A stretch of DNA of 64,000 nt from an uncultured Solirubrobacterales bacterium (GTDB taxonomy: Bacteria; Actinomycetota; Thermoleophilia; Solirubrobacterales; Solirubrobacteraceae), in NCBI GenBank assembly GCA_963725525.1, contig CAVRYP010000009.1, positions 417,111 through 481,110 of the forward strand. The letters are read 5' to 3'. Made by a program: the position numbers and the translations under genes. The first letter of the stretch is position 1; every line of letters begins with the position of its first letter. Shown in pieces: positions 36,283-45,597 of the stretch. Below the pieces are notes generated by a model that was given only the letters and a program-made list of their open reading frames with translations, made no database searches and was not told the DNA's origin.

Positions 36283-37175
36283 TCGATCTGCTCCCCCGTG
36301 AGAGCCACGAACGCGTCCTCGAGGTTCGCCGGCCGGCGCACTCCGGTGGGAGCATCGCCGTTGAGCGACTCAGCGCGCATGATCGCAATGGCGGCTCCGC
36401 TGCGGCGGTGCGACCAGCCGTTGCGATCGGCGAGCCCCACCACGGTTGCGAGCTCCTCCGCAGGTCCATACACCTCGAGCACCTCTCTTCCGGCGTGCGC
36501 GAGCACCAGCTCGGCGGGCGAGCCCTGCGCGATCACACGCCCGTGGGACATCACCGCGACGATATCCGCGAGACGCTCGGCCTCCTCGATGTAGTGCGTT
36601 GACATCAACACCGTCACCCCTCCCGTGCGCAGCGAGTCGATCAGCGACCACAGCTCCTGGCGCACCTGCGGATCGAGCCCCACCGTGGGCTCGTCGAGCA
36701 GCACCAGCCGCGGCTGGTGGATGAGCCCTCTCGCCACGAGCAGCCGCCGGCGCATTCCGCCGGAGAGCTCGCGCACGATCGTATCCGCGCGCGGGGCGAG
36801 GTTGGCGATCTCCAGCGCTCGATCGACAGCTGCGTGCCGCTCGAGGGCCGGCACGCGGTAGAGGCGCGCGAAGACCGTGAGGATCTGCCTGCAGGTCAGC
36901 TCCACGTCGAGGTTGTCCAGCTGGGGCACCACGCCCATCGCCATGCGCGCCTGCTTGGATTCCAGCGGCAGCGTGTAGCCCAGCACATCGATGGCCCCCT
37001 CATCGGCGAGCGCCTGCGCGGTGAGCAGGCGCATCGTGGTGGACTTGCCCGCTCCGTTTGGCCCGAGCAGCCCGAAGCAGATGCCCTTGGGCACCTGGAG
37101 ATCCAATCCATCCACAGCCGTGATCGCGCCGAAGCGCTTCACCACGCCGCGCAGAGATATCGCCGGTGGACTCAT
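36279..37175 (-). CDS. ABC exporter ATP-binding protein (NodI-like)
   Basis: GPNGAGKST, VVPQLDNLD, LSGGMRRR, LDEPTVGLDPQ, STHYIEEAE. Confidence 0.92.
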   Translation of the reverse strand: MSPPAISLRGVVKRFGAITAVDGLDLQVPKGICFGLLGPNGAGKSTTMRLLTAQALADEGAIDVLGYTLPLESKQARMAMGVVPQLDNLDVELTCRQILTVFARLYRVPALERHAAVDRALEIANLAPRADTIVRELSGGMRRRLLVARGLIHQPRLVLLDEPTVGLDPQVRQELWSLIDSLRTGGVTVLMSTHYIEEAERLADIVAVMSHGRVIAQGSPAELVLAHAGREVLEVYGPAEELATVVGLADRNGWSHRRSGAAIAIMRAESLNGDAPTGVRRPANLEDAFVALTGEQIE

Positions 37176-37262
37176 CAGAGGGCATGCTCTCAGACTGGCG
37201 GCCGAACCCTCGCTTCCGACCGCGAGACACCGCGTGCGCCGGAACAGATAAGCTGCCCCGCC

Positions 37263-37965
37263 ATGAGATTGATCGGCGCCGGGCTGCCGCGAACGGCAAC
37301 GCTCACGCAGAAGACCGCGCTCGAAGATGCTGGGCGTGGGGCCCTGCTACCACATGGTCAACGTCCTCGCGGACCTCGACCAGGCGAATCTGTGGATGGC
37401 GGCCCTCGACGGGCAGCCCCAGTGGGATGAGATCTTCGCGGGTTTTCAGTCGACGGTGGACTGGCCCGGGGGCTACTTCTACAAGGAGCTGATGGAGGTC
37501 TACCCCGACGCGGTGGTGCTGCTGAGCGTGCGCGACCCGCAGGCGTGGGCCAAGAGCGCGCACAACACCGTCTGGAGCGTGCGCCACGGCGAGTCTCTGA
37601 TGCGCCTGCTCTCGAGCGCCTGGGGCGAGATCGACCCGAAGTGGCAGGGCTTCCTCACGATGGTGGACGGACTGCTGTGGAAGGACAGGGGCACCTTCGC
37701 CAACGCCCACGAAACCCTCGAGCAGCTCGCCGAGCGGATGGTCGCCTTCAATGAGGAGGTCAAGCGCACCGTTCCGGCGGAGCGTCTCGTGGTGTGGGAG
37801 CCCAAGGACGGCTGGGAGCCGCTGTGCACCGCACTCGACGTGCCCGTTCCCAGCGAACCTGTGCCGCACGTCAACGACAGCGAGGAGTTCGTCGCGCGCG
37901 TCGTCGACGGCGCGCTGGCCGGACTCCAGGCCTGGCAGGAGAGCCGCGCGGCAAGCGTTTCCTGA
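37263..37965 (+). CDS. P-loop sulfotransferase (Sulfotransfer_4-like); frameshift near 37325
   Basis: IGAGLPRTATLTQKTALE, PCYHM, VDWPG, YPDAVVLLSVRDPQAWAKS, GWEPLC, PVPHVN. Confidence 0.8.
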
Positions 37966-37971
37966 GGCCCC

Positions 37972-39504
37972 TTACGCGGCCTGAACCGCCAGGGACTCAC
38001 CGCTCGCCTCCGCAGCCAGATCGACCTCCTGCGGCCGCGTGGCCGGTGGGCGCAGCAGCACGAACGCCGCGAGGATTCCCAGCGCTACGCACACCGCGGC
38101 GACGGTGTAGGCCAGGTGGTATCCACCGGTGAGCGCGCTCGCAAGCGAGTGGCCGTCGGCGCTCAACGCCTTCGTGTGATCGGTGGCGATCGTCCCCAGC
38201 GTGGCGAGGCCGATCGCGCCGAACAGCTGCACCGATACGTTGATGATCCCCGACGCCAGGCCCGCATCGCGCGAGGGCACATCGGCCATCCCGATCGTGA
38301 GCAGCGGCAGGAAGGACGCGCCCGCGCCGAGGCCGAGCGCGAAGAAGGCGAAGAAGAGACCGGGGAAGTAGCTCGCGTGTACACCCTGAGTGGCCAGCAG
38401 CACCAGACCCACCACGATGCCCACGAGTCCCGCCGCGAGCGTCTGAACAGAGCCGAAGCGTTCCATCGCGCGCGCCGATATGCCCAGCGACATCGCGGCG
38501 ATGGCCACCGTGAGGGGCATGAACGCCAGTCCTGTTTCGATCGCGTCGTAGCCGAGCACGTGCTCCAGGTACAGCGCGCCGAGGAAGAACGCCGAGAACA
38601 TGCCCGTTACGAGCAGGCCGCGCACGAGGCTCGAGCCCATCAGCGTGCGCAGGCGCAGGATCCGCAACGGCATGATCGGGTTGGCCACGCGCGCCTCCAG
38701 CCCCAGGAAGGCCGCCAGCAGAGCCAGCGATGCGGCAGCCGCGCCGAGCGTGCGCGCCGAGAGCAGGCCGTATTCGCTCGACTTGACGATCGCGAACGCG
38801 CCGAACATCGTCGCGAGCGTGATCAGGATCGATCCAAGGACGTCCACTCCGCCCGCGAGGCCGATGCCCTCGTTCTCCTCGATCAGCATCGCGCCGAGCA
38901 GCAGCGCGACCACGCCGATGGGCACGTTCACGAAGAAGATCCAGTGCCAGCTCAGCGACTGCGTGAGCGCCCCGCCGGCGAGTAGCCCGATCGAGCCGCC
39001 CCCGGCAGACACGAACGCGTATACGCCCATCGCCTTGGCCTGCTCGACCCGCTCCGGGAACTCGGTGACGATGATCGCGAGGATCACGCTCGAGGCGATC
39101 GCACCGCCAACCCCCTGGATCAGGCGCGCGCCGATCAGCATCGCTTCGCTGCTTGCGAACCCGCACAGTATGGATGCCGCCACGAACACCACGAGCCCGC
39201 TGAGGAAGACCTTCTTGCGGCCCACCAGATCGCCGAACCTGCCCGCCAGCAGCAGGAAGCCGCCAAATGTGATCAGGTAGCCATCGATCACCCACGTGAG
39301 ATTCGCCTGCGTGAAGTGAAGTTCGCGCTGGATGGAGGGCAGCGCGACGTTGACGATGGTCGCATCGAGCACCATCATCAACTGCCCCAGGCAGAGCACC
39401 GCCAGCGCTATCCAGCGACGCCGCTCACGCTTGCGCGCGGTCTCCTCCTCGGTGCTCGCCTCCGGCTTCTCGTAGTGGGTGGGTGTGGTGGCGGTGGTGC
39501 TCAT
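37972..39504 (-). CDS. DHA2 MFS transporter
   Basis: LDATIVNVALPSI, GRFGDLVGRK, WHWIFFVNVPIG; many TMs. Confidence 0.92.
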   Translation of the reverse strand: MSTTATTPTHYEKPEASTEEETARKRERRRWIALAVLCLGQLMMVLDATIVNVALPSIQRELHFTQANLTWVIDGYLITFGGFLLLAGRFGDLVGRKKVFLSGLVVFVAASILCGFASSEAMLIGARLIQGVGGAIASSVILAIIVTEFPERVEQAKAMGVYAFVSAGGGSIGLLAGGALTQSLSWHWIFFVNVPIGVVALLLGAMLIEENEGIGLAGGVDVLGSILITLATMFGAFAIVKSSEYGLLSARTLGAAAASLALLAAFLGLEARVANPIMPLRILRLRTLMGSSLVRGLLVTGMFSAFFLGALYLEHVLGYDAIETGLAFMPLTVAIAAMSLGISARAMERFGSVQTLAAGLVGIVVGLVLLATQGVHASYFPGLFFAFFALGLGAGASFLPLLTIGMADVPSRDAGLASGIINVSVQLFGAIGLATLGTIATDHTKALSADGHSLASALTGGYHLAYTVAAVCVALGILAAFVLLRPPATRPQEVDLAAEASGESLAVQAA

Positions 39505-39558
39505 CGAATGCTCCTTCCAGGGTGCTTCCAGGGGTGCGATGAGAACACCATAGCATGG

Positions 39559-39618
39559 ATCATCACTGATACAGGTATCATCGCCTTAAATGTGATGATT
39601 GCTGTTGCGTGGTATAAT
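39559..39618. promoter_or_regulatory. Divergent promoter with putative MarR operators
   Basis: TGATAC-AG-GTATCA (39567-39580); ATCATCAC...GTGATGAT (39559-39599); TATAAT at 39613. Confidence 0.6.
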
Positions 39619-39627
39619 CCTTCCGTT

Positions 39628-40116
39628 ATGACCGATCAGGTTCGCCCCTGTGCCCCCAACTCGATGGTGCTTCTCACGCGCCTTGCCAAGCAGGTCTACA
39701 GGCGCAGCGACGAGGAGCTTCTGGGCATGCACCTGCGCCTGCTGATGGCGCTCAGCTACGTGCGCGACCACGACAATGCCCCCCAGCAGGAGCTCGCGGA
39801 GGCGCTTTGCATGGACGCCAACAACGTCGTGCTGCTGCTCAACGAGCTCGAGGATCTGAGGTTTGTCGCGCGCCGTCGCGACCCCCACGATCGCCGGCGT
39901 CACCTGGTCGAGCTGACCGAGGAGGGTGCGCGCGCGCTGACCAGCGCCGAGCGCGCGCAGGAAACGATCGAGGACGACGTTCTGCGGGCGCTCGACCCCA
40001 GCGAACGGGCGACCCTGTGGCAACTGCTCACCCGTGCCCTGCAGGGGGCCGAGCCCGCCGTGCCCGAGCCGGAGGCGGATCGAGAGGCCACCGCGAGCGC
40101 GACCGTCGCGACGTAG
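39628..40116 (+). CDS. MarR-family regulator
   Basis: QQELAEAL, LNELE, DPHDRRRHLVELTEEG; divergent from MFS. Confidence 0.9.
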   Translation: MTDQVRPCAPNSMVLLTRLAKQVYRRSDEELLGMHLRLLMALSYVRDHDNAPQQELAEALCMDANNVVLLLNELEDLRFVARRRDPHDRRRHLVELTEEGARALTSAERAQETIEDDVLRALDPSERATLWQLLTRALQGAEPAVPEPEADREATASATVAT

Positions 40117-40158
40117 GGCCGGGAGGCCACCGCGAGCGCGGCGGTCTCAACGTAGGGC
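40084..40158 (+). repeat. Tandem duplication (39-bp period) of the marR 3' end
   Basis: 40084-40119 vs 40123-40158, 32/36 identical, both contain TAG. Confidence 0.75.
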
Positions 40159-40721
40159 TACGCCAGGCTCTTCATCTTCTTCCACTCGGCCTTGTGCTCG
40201 CGCTTGGCCGCCTGGTAGTCGATCAGTGCCTGCGGCGAGTCGACATCTCCGAGCGTGGGGTGCGCCGGCGCGAGCTCCCTGGCCGCCTCGACGCCGTAGC
40301 GCTTCGCGAGCACAGCGCCCATCGACTTGACCTTCATCTCCCCGAAGCCCGGGAGCGCCTGCAGATTGGCGCGCAGCTCGCCCGGGTCGCCCGCCGAGGT
40401 CCACACGCGGGCCGCGTCGCCGCCATAGCAAGCCTCCACGTGGATCGCAAGGTCGTGCACGCGCTTGGCCATCGAGCCGGGATAGCGGTGGATCGCGGGC
40501 TTCTCTCTGAACACCTGCTCCAGATCCGCCCCCGCGAGCGTCGCCGCGTCGAACGCGCCGAGGCGCTGCCTCAGCGTGAGCGGTCCCAAGAAAGCCTGCT
40601 GCACCGTCACCTGCTGATCCAAGGCGAACCCCACCAGCAGAGCCAGCGGATCGGAGGCGATCAGGGCGTTCGCGTCGTCGGAGTCCGTGAAGTACAGGCG
40701 ATCCGGTGGGGCTTCTGGCAT
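40158..40721 (-). CDS. HhH-GPD base-excision repair family protein
   Basis: DPLALLVGFALDQQV, PAIHRYPGSMA, ALPGFGEMK, DVDSP. Confidence 0.85.
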   Translation of the reverse strand: MPEAPPDRLYFTDSDDANALIASDPLALLVGFALDQQVTVQQAFLGPLTLRQRLGAFDAATLAGADLEQVFREKPAIHRYPGSMAKRVHDLAIHVEACYGGDAARVWTSAGDPGELRANLQALPGFGEMKVKSMGAVLAKRYGVEAARELAPAHPTLGDVDSPQALIDYQAAKREHKAEWKKMKSLA

Positions 40722-40770
40722 GGCTTCGCAGTGTATTCGCCAGCCACATCCGAGAAAAGCGCCCCCCCCC

Positions 40771-40792
40771 GATGCCCTACCTGATGCCCTAC
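40771..40792 (+). promoter_or_regulatory. Direct repeat GATGCCCTAC x2, likely antitoxin operator
   Basis: Copies at 40771 and 40783, immediately before the RHH antitoxin start. Confidence 0.5.
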
Positions 40793-40802
40793 ACTTGTGT
40801 GC

Positions 40803-41039
40803 GTGCGCAAGACCAGTGTCTATCTCGACGACGAGCAGGCTCGGCGCCTCGCCCGCTTGGCGCGCGAGGAGGGTCGATCCCAGGCAGAGGTGCTGCGTGA
40901 GGCGGTCGCCACCTACCGGCCCAAGCCATCCTCGGATCGAGACTTCGCTTTGGCGGCAGGCTTCAACCGGATCGACAACGACCCCCGTCCTATCTCCCAA
41001 CTACCAGAGGAAGATCTGCTCAAGGGCTTCGGTCGGTGA
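40803..41039 (+). CDS. CopG/RHH antitoxin (VapB-like)
   Basis: RKTSVYLD...EGRSQAEVLREAV...LLKGFGR; GTGA overlap with toxin. Confidence 0.85.
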   Translation: MRKTSVYLDDEQARRLARLAREEGRSQAEVLREAVATYRPKPSSDRDFALAAGFNRIDNDPRPISQLPEEDLLKGFGR

Positions 41040-41458
41040 CCTTCATCATCGATGCAGCACCCCTTGTAGCGCTCTCACAGACAGACGAGCCGCGAAGGAC
41101 CGCGATCCTGGATGCGTTGCGCGCCGAGCCCGGCGCGCTTGTCATCCCAGCTCCCGTCACCGCTGAGATCGACTACATGCTGGGTGAGCGCTTCGGTCGC
41201 TCCGCGAGGGTGGCTTTTCTGGGAGACCTGGCTGCCGGGCGATTCGCCGTAGCCTGCCTGGAGCATGAGGACTACGCGACGATCGGCGAACTCGATGCAC
41301 GCTATGCGGACTTCGAACTGGGGCTGGCCGACTGTGCCGTGATCGTACTGGCACGGCGCTACGAGACCAGTCGCATCGTCAGCTTCGACGAGCGTCATTT
41401 CCGTGCGGTCACACCGCTTCAAGGGGGAGCTTTCACCATCCTGCCCTACGACGCCTGA
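41036..41458 (+). CDS. PIN-domain toxin (VapC-like)
   Basis: IIDAAPL, AEIDY, LGLADC, SFDERHF. Confidence 0.88.
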   Translation: MTFIIDAAPLVALSQTDEPRRTAILDALRAEPGALVIPAPVTAEIDYMLGERFGRSARVAFLGDLAAGRFAVACLEHEDYATIGELDARYADFELGLADCAVIVLARRYETSRIVSFDERHFRAVTPLQGGAFTILPYDA

Positions 41459-41706
41459 CGACAGACCCCTATCTGGCGGGGACGGAGAGATCGGGACGGT
41501 TTGCAAATCATAAAGCCCAGGTTGAGGGTTTGGTGCGGCTTCTGATGGAGCCGGTTGGGCGGCAGGCACGACGACGCGCAGCCGAGGCCATCTGTCGAGC
41601 AGACCGCGGATGACCAGCCTGGATCTCAATGACCAGGCATCTGCCCCCAGTGCGCTTCGAGAGTGCTCCGAATCAAAACGACCGGGGCTCTGAGGATGCT
41701 TTGCAG

Positions 41707-41982
41707 ATGGACGACGTCGATCTGCTCATCGGGCTGGCTCGCGGCTTGGCTGACGAGATCGTGGGTTCAGCGGCCCGGCTACTGTCGGCCGGGGTAGACA
41801 TCGAGCATGTTCATGGCCGGTACGTGGTCGTCGCGGTTGAGCTTCTCGCCGACGCTGAGGCACAGGGTGTGCTCGCCGTCGGTGGGGAGCAGTCTGCGCT
41901 TGAAGAGCTTGCGCGGGTCGTCAGGGTACTGGCCGATCTTCGGGACGAGGCACGGGCCGAAGCCGATCCGTTACGAGGATGA
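41707..41982 (+). CDS. Small hypothetical protein
   Basis: Helical-looking ORF between the repeats; no motif. Confidence 0.35.
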   Translation: MDDVDLLIGLARGLADEIVGSAARLLSAGVDIEHVHGRYVVVAVELLADAEAQGVLAVGGEQSALEELARVVRVLADLRDEARAEADPLRG

Positions 41983-42180
41983 CGGCCGCGACTGAGCGGC
42001 TGCGCGCTCATCGAACCGATGAGCCATCTCCTCGGCGACGCTGCGTTGCTGATCGGTAGCGAGACGCGGCTTGACGTCCCGCAGCAGAGCAGCAGCGCGA
42101 ATGCTGGACTCAGGCGTCATCGAGGCCAGCCTCCGGGCGCTCTCCCTGGCAACCTGCCGCAGATCCTCGCTCACAGCCAT
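41971..42180 (-). CDS. Small hypothetical protein
   Basis: MAVSEDLRQVARESARRL...; no motif. Confidence 0.35.
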   Translation of the reverse strand: MAVSEDLRQVARESARRLASMTPESSIRAAALLRDVKPRLATDQQRSVAEEMAHRFDERAAAQSRPSSS

Positions 42181-42282
42181 AGGCTTAGGGTACTCCACGA
42201 GCGGTTATCTGGCCCCATCTGGCGAAAACGGGGAGATCGGGACGACGTGCGAATCCCAGGCAGGGTCCGAACGTCGAGCAAA

Positions 42283-42374
42283 TGGCGGAGAGGGCGGGAT
42301 TCGAACCCGCGATGGAGTTTAACCCCCATACTCGCTTAGCAGGCGAGTGCCTTCAGCCACTCGGCCACCTCTCC
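42283..42374 (-). tRNA. tRNA-Ser(GCT), CCA encoded
   Basis: GGAGAGG acceptor; CTCGC-CT-GCT-AA-GCGAG anticodon arm; long variable arm; GGTTCGAATCC; ends GCCA. Confidence 0.95.
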
Positions 42375-42480
42375 CCGAGAGCGGAACGCAAGTGTAGAGG
42401 CTTCGGGACCTTCGATGTCAGTTGCGGTTCCAACCGGCCACCGCGTAGCATCTTGTGGGGTGCCACAGCGGTGAGCTCCT

Positions 42481-42569
42481 GGAAGGGTGGCAGAGCGGTT
42501 GAATGCACCGGTCTTGAAAACCGGCAGGCGGGTACCCCCGTCTCGGGAGTTCGAATCTCCCCCCTTCCG
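42481..42569 (+). tRNA. tRNA-Ser(TGA), CCA not encoded
   Basis: GGAAGGG/CCCTTCC acceptor; CCGGT-CT-TGA-AA-ACCGG; long variable arm; AGTTCGAATCT. Confidence 0.93.
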
Positions 42570-42719
42570 CTTTTTCGGAGTCAGTCCGGTCTCCGTGGAG
42601 CACCAGAGACTTCGTGGGGCCGCCGGAGGTAGACCGCGTGGGCCGCACGCTTCATCGGTAACCTCTCCCAGCGGCGACTGCCGCGTCGGCTCCACATCTG
42701 GCATGCCAAACTGTCGCCC

Positions 42720-43142
42720 ATGAGCAAGCCCTCGCTGACCGGCGGCTGCCTCTGCGGCAGCGTGCGCTTCGAACTGACCGAGCCGCCACCCGCCGCGGGG
42801 TACTGTCACTGCACCCGCTGCCAGCGTCGCACCGGCACCGCGTCCTCGGTACAGGCGCGGATCGACGGCGCCACCCTGCGACTGCTTCAAGGCGAGGATC
42901 TCGTGAAGGCGTGGCGCCACCCGGAGGGAGGCTTCGAGAAGATGTTCTGTCGCGAATGCGGCGGGCATCTCTTCAGCCGCAACCCCGAGGACCACCGACA
43001 GATGAGCGTGCGGCTGGGCGCCTTCGATGGCAACCCCGGTGTGCGGCCGAGCTGGCGGGCGTTCGTCGCCTACGCCGTCGACTGGGAGCCGATTCCGGAC
43101 GACGGACTCGAGCGCTTTGCCGAGGCGAAGTCACGGCGCTGA
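42720..43142 (+). CDS. GFA/CENP-V family zinc-binding protein
   Basis: GGCLCGSVRF, CHCTRCQR, FCRECG. Confidence 0.88.
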   Translation: MSKPSLTGGCLCGSVRFELTEPPPAAGYCHCTRCQRRTGTASSVQARIDGATLRLLQGEDLVKAWRHPEGGFEKMFCRECGGHLFSRNPEDHRQMSVRLGAFDGNPGVRPSWRAFVAYAVDWEPIPDDGLERFAEAKSRR

Positions 43143-43237
43143 CCGTCCCCGACGACGAGCGCCTATCGTAGAACAGGCCGACAGTCAGTCGGCCCCGTTT
43201 TGCAACCATCGAACCCCACGAGAGACCGGAGGAGATC

Positions 43238-43534
43238 ATGGATACATACGTCATATTGAGGCGCGGCGCCTGGGCATCGGCCGAGGATCTGGGCGCGGCA
43301 GCCGGCCGTTCGAGCAAGGTCGGCGACAAGGAGATGTCCGAGGACATCCGTTGGATTCGCAGCTATGTCCTCAGCGAGCCCGACGGGCGCGTGGGCACTG
43401 TCTGCATCTACCAGGCAAGCAGCCCCGAGGCGATCCGCGAGCACGCCTCGCGCGCAGAGCTCGCAGTCGACGAGATCATCCCCGTCGCCGACACGGTGAT
43501 CGTTCGAGCGGACCCGGAGGCAGCCGCCGCCTGA
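43238..43534 (+). CDS. DUF4242 family protein
   Basis: GGAGA RBS; WIRSYV...CIYQASSPEAIREHA...VDEI. Confidence 0.75.
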   Translation: MDTYVILRRGAWASAEDLGAAAGRSSKVGDKEMSEDIRWIRSYVLSEPDGRVGTVCIYQASSPEAIREHASRAELAVDEIIPVADTVIVRADPEAAAA

Positions 43535-43553
43535 CGCTGGGAGGCAGATGAGA

Positions 43554-44198
43554 TCATCGGCGCTCGGCGCAAAGCAGTTCCAGCGTCCCCCAAGCGGTCC
43601 GTAGCCTGTCCCGGCGGCGAACCTCCGCGAAGCCTGCCTGCTCGATCAGGGTTGGAAGTTCCCCGCGCGCGTGCGCACCGGTGATCTCGAAGCCATCGAG
43701 CATCCTCAACGCAAAGAAAGCAACCCCCATCAGGGCATCCTGAGGCGCTCCCCAATCGGCGACGTGCAGGCGTCCGCCGGGCCGCAGTACCCGGTGTGCC
43801 TCAGCCAGCGCCGTGATCTTCTCCGCCGTGTCCAGGTGGTGCAGCACCAGCGAGGCGACGACGCGATCGTAGACCTGCTCTGGCAAAGGCAGCTCGAGAG
43901 CGGTGCCCTCGAGCCAGTCGATCCCGCTCCCTCGGTCCTTCGCACGAGCCCGCGCAAGCGCATCGGGATCGGGGTCGAGCGCGGTTATCGAGCACACGGG
44001 GAGCGCGCGCGCGAGGCGCACCGTGAGGCTGCCGGTGCCGCAGCCGATCTCCAGCACCGCGCTGGGCTCGCCGGCCGTGACCTGTGCCACCAGGCGCGAG
44101 CGGAAGGTCCGCTCGCGCATCGTGAGCGCGACGACGGGGTCATAGAGCGCCGTCAGGCCGTGGCGCCCGGCAGCTGGGAGAAAGGTTGCCTCGGACAC
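43554..44198 (-). CDS. Class I SAM-dependent methyltransferase
   Basis: VLEIGCGTG, LVLHHL, RVLRPGG. Confidence 0.88.
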   Translation of the reverse strand: MSEATFLPAAGRHGLTALYDPVVALTMRERTFRSRLVAQVTAGEPSAVLEIGCGTGSLTVRLARALPVCSITALDPDPDALARARAKDRGSGIDWLEGTALELPLPEQVYDRVVASLVLHHLDTAEKITALAEAHRVLRPGGRLHVADWGAPQDALMGVAFFALRMLDGFEITGAHARGELPTLIEQAGFAEVRRRDRLRTAWGTLELLCAERR

Positions 44199-44294
44199 CA
44201 CCTGGATGATGATCGAATGCACAAGGCTGCGCAAAGGGCCTAGTTGAGCATCTGACTATCAAGACTTCTCCGGCTCGGTCCGATGATTCGGGGG

Positions 44295-45597
44295 ATGTCA
44301 TCGACCCTGCTCCCAACCACCGAGCGCACCGGCGGACGCTGGATCGATCACTGGCTCGATGGGGTCCGCGATCTGGAGAACCTGCGCGCGGGCCATCCGA
44401 TGATGGATGCGGTGATCGATGAGGTCGACGGGCGCATGATCCGCGTCGGCGAGCAGTGGCTGGCGGACTTCGCCTCCTGCAACTACCTCGGCTTCGACCT
44501 CGATCGCGAGATCATCGAGTCGGTGCCCGCCTACCTGGAGGCCTGGGGAACGCATCCGAGCTGGTCGCGGCTGCTCGGCAGCCCGGTGCTGTACGAGCAG
44601 ATCGAGACTCGACTGAGCGAGCTGCTGGGCTGCGAGGACTCGCTCGTGCTGCCCACGATCACGCACATCCACGCCTCGGTGATCCCGGTGCTGGCGGCCT
44701 CGGGGACGATCTTCCTCGACGCGCGCGCGCACAAGACGATCTACGACGGCTGCCAGGTGGCGCGCTCGCGCGGCGCCGCAGTGCGCCGCTTTCGCTTCGA
44801 GGACCCCGCTCACCTCGACGAGCTGCTCGCGGCCGATCGCGACCGCATGCGCCTGGTGTGCATGGACGGGGTCAACAGCATGACCGGCAACCCGCCCGAC
44901 CTGCGCGCATTCGCAGAGGTGACGCGCCGTCACGGAGCGCTGCTGTATGTCGACGACGCCCACGGCTTTGGCCTGGTTGGGCGAGCGAAGGACCGGGCCT
45001 GCGGCGCTCCGTGCCCATACGGGAGTCGCGGCAACAGCATCGTGCGCCACTTCGGCGAGAGCTATGAGGATCTGGTGCTGGTGGGCGGTTTCTCCAAGGC
45101 CTACTCCTCGCTGCTCGCGTTCATCGCCTGCCCCACCGAGGTCAAGAACCTGCTGAAGGTCGCAGCGCCGCCCTACCTGTACTCGGGCCCCTCCCCCGTC
45201 GCCTCGCTCGCGACGGTGCTGAGCGGCCTCGAGGTCAACGACAAGCGCGGCGATGAGCTGCGCGCGACCGTGCACCGCCACACCGTGCGCGTGCTGGAGG
45301 CGCTGAGGGAACTCGACGTGCACACGCCCAACCGCTCGGAGCTGCCGATCATCGAGATCCCGCTGCGCGATCACGACGCGCATCGACGCCGTGGGCGAGC
45401 TGCTGTTCGAACGGGGTGTGTACGTCACGCTGGCCGCCTACCCGCTGGTGCCCAAGGCGGAGGTGGGCTTTCGCGTGCAGCTGACCGCCGCCAACACCGA
45501 CGCAGAGGTCGACACACTGATCGCCGTTCTACGCGAGCTTGCCGAGCAGGACGAGCTCCAGTCCGTCATCGCGCCAAGGACGGCGGAGGTGAAGTGA
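44295..45597 (+). CDS. PLP-dependent alpha-oxoamine synthase family protein (divergent); frameshift near 45380
   Basis: FASCNYLG, LDARAHKTIYDG, DGVNSMTG, VDDAHGFG, GGFSKAY, YPLVP...FRVQLTAAN. Confidence 0.85.

Larger units (their letters stand above)
41471..42255 (+). repeat. Imperfect 39-bp direct repeats at 41471-41509 and 42217-42255
   Basis: ATCTGGCG-nnn-ACGG-n-GAGATCGGGACG-nnn-TGC-n-AATC, 31/39 identical. Confidence 0.7.

Noticed and set aside
42481-42569. Possible selenocysteine or suppressor tRNA
   Set aside because: Anticodon TGA reads UCA (Ser); tRNA-Sec needs anticodon TCA; acceptor stem is a normal 7 bp
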